Below, one piece after another: positions 60,459 through 64,000 of a stretch of DNA of 64,000 nt; positions within the stretch are counted from its first letter, which is position 1; each line of letters opens with the position of its first letter. The notes beneath the pieces are model-generated. The model was not told the origin of the DNA. It made no database searches and saw only the letters and a list, made by a program, of their open reading frames with translations. Both the position numbers and the translations under genes were made by a program. Origin of the DNA: Candidatus Bathyarchaeota archaeon (GTDB taxonomy: Archaea > Thermoproteota > Bathyarchaeia > Bathyarchaeales > Bathycorpusculaceae). Location of the stretch: NCBI GenBank assembly GCA_963780185.1, contig CAWABA010000006.1, positions 224,001-288,000 on the forward strand. Reading direction: 5' to 3'.

Positions 60459-60805
60459 AGTTTCTTGCCGATGAAAATATTTCCCAAAAAGTCGTTAATT
60501 CGCTAAAAAGCACTGGTATCGACATTATTTCTTTGAAGAAGCTAACTTCTGGAGCAAGCGATGAAATCGTACTATCGATTGCAAACCAACGGCAAAGAGT
60601 ATTGATAACTTTTGATTCTGATTTTTCAGAACTTATCTTCAGACAGAAACTTAAGACTCACGGTGTTATCCTTCTGAAGTTTACTCCAAAGTCATCTCAA
60701 CATGTGGTTGAGATAGTCTCAAATGCTTTGAAAAGTCAAGCCAAAATTGAAGAGCATTTTCTTATAGTCAGAGAAAACAAAATACGCGCGCTTCGCCTCA
60801 AATGA
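60455..60805 (+). CDS. DUF5615 PIN-like toxin (VapC45-like)
   Basis: KFLADENI, ASDEIV, LITFDSDF, HGVI; the KFLADEN motif lies upstream of the ORF-track start. Confidence 0.82.
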   Translation, partial: VKFLADENISQKVVNSLKSTGIDIISLKKLTSGASDEIVLSIANQRQRVLITFDSDFSELIFRQKLKTHGVILLKFTPKSSQHVVEIVSNALKSQAKIEEHFLIVRENKIRALRLK

Positions 60806-60828
60806 TTTGTCGGCAGCCTCATGGTTTT

Positions 60829-62604
60829 CTACGGTTTAGGTAGTTCATTGATTTTCTTGAGTTGTGCATGGTACATTTCAACGATTTCCAGCGAAGCCGT
60901 TGCGTCTTCAGGGGCTTTGTCTGTTCGGTATTTGCCTGTGAACCGTGGGAAACGAATCGCCAATCCGGCGCCTTTCCGAATCGAATCCATGGCGCACATG
61001 TGAATCGGGCTCAATGTGATTTCGGCACCTAAAATCTCAAGCACCAAGGCGGGTTCAAACCAAACGTCTGCCTGCAGCATGGATTGGACGCGGGTGTTTT
61101 TGCGGGGAATTATGTGCGTGGCAAGGGTGTCGCGAAGGGTTACGAGGTCTTTGTCTGTGAAGCCTGTGCCGCATTTGGTTACGGTTTCAAAAGTGTCCGC
61201 TTCCTTGTTGTACGTTGCCAGTAGCAGGGCGCCGTAGGTTCCAACCCGTTTGCCTCTGCCGTGAAAGGCGCCGACAACCACGAGGTCAACGGTGTCATGC
61301 ATTTCGCTCTTGTAGTCGCGCTTGTATTTTATCCAAAGCCAACCCCTGCTTCCCGCTTGATAAGGCGATTCTGGAGCGATTGATTTGCACATTAAGCCTT
61401 CGCAGCCTTTCTCTATGGCTTCCTCAAAGAAATCCTCAAGCTCCTTGGGGTTTTTGACGATTTTTTGGATGGCAGGCGTAACCCTGTCAGTTTCCTTCAC
61501 GATTTTCTGCAGTTCCTTCCTTCTTTCCCGCAGTGGTTCTTGGGTTAAGTCTTTGCCGTCAACGTAGAGAAGGTCAAAGGGGAAAAGCGAAATGGGGTAC
61601 TGTGAAATGGCTTCTTCAATGCCGTATTTGCGTCTGCGATGCATCAGCTCCTGAAACGGACGCATATCCCCAGTTTCCAAATCCATCGCGACACATTCAG
61701 CTTCCAAAATGGCTTCTTTGGCGTCGATTTTTTCCTTGATTAAATCTATTGCGTCGGGGTATTGGCTGGAGATGTTTTCTAGGCGTCGGGAAAACAAGAT
61801 TACTTTGTCATCTTTCTTGTGGGCTTGCACCCGTTCGCCATCGTACTTGTATTCGGCTGCGCATTTGCCGCCGAGCTTGTCAAGGATTTCTTCTGGGGAG
61901 CTCAGGCGTTCAGCCAGCATGGGTCGTATAGGTTCGAAAACCATGACTTGGAATTTTTTGATTCCGTCCAAGCCTTGCTCGACAACCACATTTGCAACCC
62001 TGCCAAGGTCCGACGAAATGCTGTAGGCTCGCTCGACGAGTTCCCGAGCTTCTTTTCCGCCTGCATAAGCTATCGCCAACGCATCAAGAACCGTCATGTC
62101 CGCGATGCCAAGCCGCAGGTTACCCGTAACCGTTCGGACAATCCATTTTGCCTCGTTCGGCGACGCATCGGTCAATAATCCGCAAAGCATCGCCATTTTC
62201 GTGTCGACGGCGCCAGAACCCGAAGTTTTAGCCAACTTGTCCAGCGCTTCGTAAACAGATTCCACTGTGAGTTTTTTGCTGAAAAAGGTGGATTGTTTCC
62301 GTTTTGTTAAGAGTTTCTGGGATGTTTCGCCGATGTCGCCGCTTTTCTGCAGTTCTGACTCGATTAGGCTTTCGCTTTGCCCTGCCGCGCGGGATAAGGC
62401 TTTAACGGCTAGTTTTTCGGCTACGCCCATCTCGACGCCCAGGAAATCGGGGTAGAGTTTGCCCTGAGTTAAGTAAACGACTTTTGCGATGACGTCTTTA
62501 GGCGTCTTCTTGAGCAGGTCCACCAGCAAATCCGTCATTTCAAGCCGTTTTGTTGTTGCCTCAATTTTCTCGTAAGCTTCGGCAATGACTGAGTAATCCA
62601 TCAT
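60829..62604 (-). CDS. lig: ATP-dependent DNA ligase
   Basis: EYKYDGER, EGLMCK, WIKYK, DLVVVG, RFPRF. Confidence 0.97.
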   Translation of the reverse strand: MMDYSVIAEAYEKIEATTKRLEMTDLLVDLLKKTPKDVIAKVVYLTQGKLYPDFLGVEMGVAEKLAVKALSRAAGQSESLIESELQKSGDIGETSQKLLTKRKQSTFFSKKLTVESVYEALDKLAKTSGSGAVDTKMAMLCGLLTDASPNEAKWIVRTVTGNLRLGIADMTVLDALAIAYAGGKEARELVERAYSISSDLGRVANVVVEQGLDGIKKFQVMVFEPIRPMLAERLSSPEEILDKLGGKCAAEYKYDGERVQAHKKDDKVILFSRRLENISSQYPDAIDLIKEKIDAKEAILEAECVAMDLETGDMRPFQELMHRRRKYGIEEAISQYPISLFPFDLLYVDGKDLTQEPLRERRKELQKIVKETDRVTPAIQKIVKNPKELEDFFEEAIEKGCEGLMCKSIAPESPYQAGSRGWLWIKYKRDYKSEMHDTVDLVVVGAFHGRGKRVGTYGALLLATYNKEADTFETVTKCGTGFTDKDLVTLRDTLATHIIPRKNTRVQSMLQADVWFEPALVLEILGAEITLSPIHMCAMDSIRKGAGLAIRFPRFTGKYRTDKAPEDATASLEIVEMYHAQLKKINELPKP

Positions 62605-62711
62605 TTTGACTCAAAGGAAATATTATTGCTGAAGTATTAAAATTAACACCGTCGATGCATCGGCAGCTATATAGAAGGTTATATTAACCGAGCAAGCGCT
62701 ATAGTGAAACC

Positions 62712-63114
62712 ATGAAACCCTGCGTAGTTTACTTTTCAAGAACGGGAAACACCAAACGCCTAGCCCAAGCAATAGCGGATTCTGTGAAGGCGCCAATCTT
62801 TGACATGGCGTCCGCGCAGCCAGCGTCACTCGCCGAATTTGACATGTTAATTATTGGGAACCCAGTGGAAGGAGCCAGCCCAGCCAAAGAAGCCGCCGCA
62901 TTCATCGAAAGCATGCCCAGCGCCGAGGGTAAAAAAGTAATCTTGTTCTGCACTTACCGCGCTTTCGGCAATGAACAGAGCAATGAAGAAGATGCAGAAG
63001 CAGCTTGAGGGCAAGGGGTACGAGACGGTTCTGAAAGTTTCGAAGAAAGGAATGAAACCCGAAAAAGAAGCAGACTTTTCAGAGATTCTCGCTGCAAGTA
63101 AGGAAGGCACTTGA
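62712..63114 (+). pseudogene. Flavodoxin-like protein, frameshift near 62976 as assembled
   Basis: YFSRTGNTK FMN loop, IIGNP, VILFCT; continues in another frame as RAMKKMQKQLEGKGYETV. Confidence 0.75.
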
Positions 63115-63541
63115 AAAAGTGTATACCTATTATCTTTGTGTTCAAGTAGTCCTCAATCATTTTTTGATGCTCAAACGCCAACTGGTTCGGCAGCCGTTTT
63201 AAGCGGAAAAGCCTGATTTCTTGGATTTCGCTTTCCTGCCGTTTTATTTCGCCGCCAACTACTTTAACCAAGAAGCATGTTGGGTAGTATTCGTAGTCTA
63301 CGTCGTCTTTGGTGCCTTTCTCCACGTACTCGCCAATCACGCGGACGACTTCCACGTCAAGCCCCGTTTCCTCTTTGCATTCGCGGACGATGGTTTGCTC
63401 GACCTTTTCGCCTGGGTCCATTCTGCCGCCTGGAAGCGCCCAGTAACCCTTGAAAGGCACAGTGTCCCGCTTCACAAGCAAAATCTTGTCATCTGGAAAC
63501 GGAATTATCGCCGTCGCGGTTTTGCCCGTGTACCTTTTCAT
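62954..63541 (-). CDS. NUDIX hydrolase
   Basis: WALPGG...RECKEETG Nudix box, LAFEH; tail beyond ~63130 may be artefactual. Confidence 0.9.
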   Translation of the reverse strand: MKRYTGKTATAIIPFPDDKILLVKRDTVPFKGYWALPGGRMDPGEKVEQTIVRECKEETGLDVEVVRVIGEYVEKGTKDDVDYEYYPTCFLVKVVGGEIKRQESEIQEIRLFRLKRLPNQLAFEHQKMIEDYLNTKIIGIHFFKCLPYLQRESLKSLLLFRVSFLSSKLSEPSRTPCPQAASASSSLLCSLPKAR

Positions 63542-63711
63542 TTCAAACCGTCCTTCAATTGCTATCAATAGATGAAGCGGCGGAACGCATTAAGTTTTTC
63601 TAAGCTCGTTTTCGCGCAAGCTAAAATGCGATTAAACTGGCTAAAGTTAAAATATCGTTGACGGTTAAATTCTTTTGATGGGTTTAAAGAAAAAAGAAGT
63701 TGTAAGAAGGT

Positions 63712-63798
63712 TTATTCTTCGTCTTCGCAGTCTTCGCAATCGCAGTCGTCGCAGTCTTCTTCGTTTTCTTCTTCTTCAACAAATAGGTGATTTACCAT
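63712..63798 (-). CDS. 28-aa acidic Cys-rich microprotein
   Basis: MVNHLFVEEEENEEDCDDCDCEDCEDEE*; AAAAAAGACTTATAG BRE/TATA about 35 nt upstream; T-rich tract after stop. Confidence 0.65.
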   Translation of the reverse strand: MVNHLFVEEEENEEDCDDCDCEDCEDEE

Positions 63799-64000
63799 TT
63801 CAAAAACCAACCAACGTTAACACTTGCAGCCTATAAGTCTTTTTGTTAAAAGCCTTTGGTTGTTTTTGGATTTTTCACAGGAGATTTCCACCCGTTGATT
63901 CTGGATGTAGAATTTTTGTTTTCAATGGAAACAACGGCTAAACTTTCCAATTCAAGCCAAGCTGTCGCTTACAACTTGGTATTCCTTGTCTGAAAGCCAA

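Noticed and set aside
62954-63130. Long convergent overlap of NUDIX and flavodoxin genes
   Set aside because: Region carries apparent indels; the NUDIX tail looks like run-on

Overview
Archaeal chromosomal window, most consistent with Bathyarchaeia (TACK). The evidence is a class I CCA-adding enzyme, unsplit Rpo2 and fused Rpo1 (A'+A''), an ATP-dependent ligase, BHB tRNA introns, and many PQQ-repeat/NosD surface proteins with Pro/Thr linkers and C-terminal anchors. Housekeeping genes (cca, thpR, class II HMG-CoA reductase, rpo2-rpo1-rpl30e-nusA, trmI, trxA, lig) are interleaved with secreted hydrolases, regulators, a CheB-CheR-PAS-histidine kinase fusion, a metal ABC transporter and TA genes. 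Signals not explained by the ORF track: (1) a tRNA-Leu(CAA) with two BHB introns (28/29 and 37/38); (2) a ~0.7 kb islet between that tRNA and a degenerate copy of its 3' exon, carrying two paralogous antitoxin-like genes and a RelE-like toxin stub; (3) a NikR-family regulator facing a ZnuABC-type transporter across a TTATTA-N16-TAATAA palindrome; (4) a 28-aa acidic CxxCxCxxC microprotein with its own promoter and terminator; (5) a TTAGTCAA/TTGACTAA motif shared by two promoters; (6) several genes that seem to need non-canonical start codons; (7) about a dozen single-base indels splitting accessory genes, possibly assembly errors. All family calls come from motif recognition by eye; no database searches were run.
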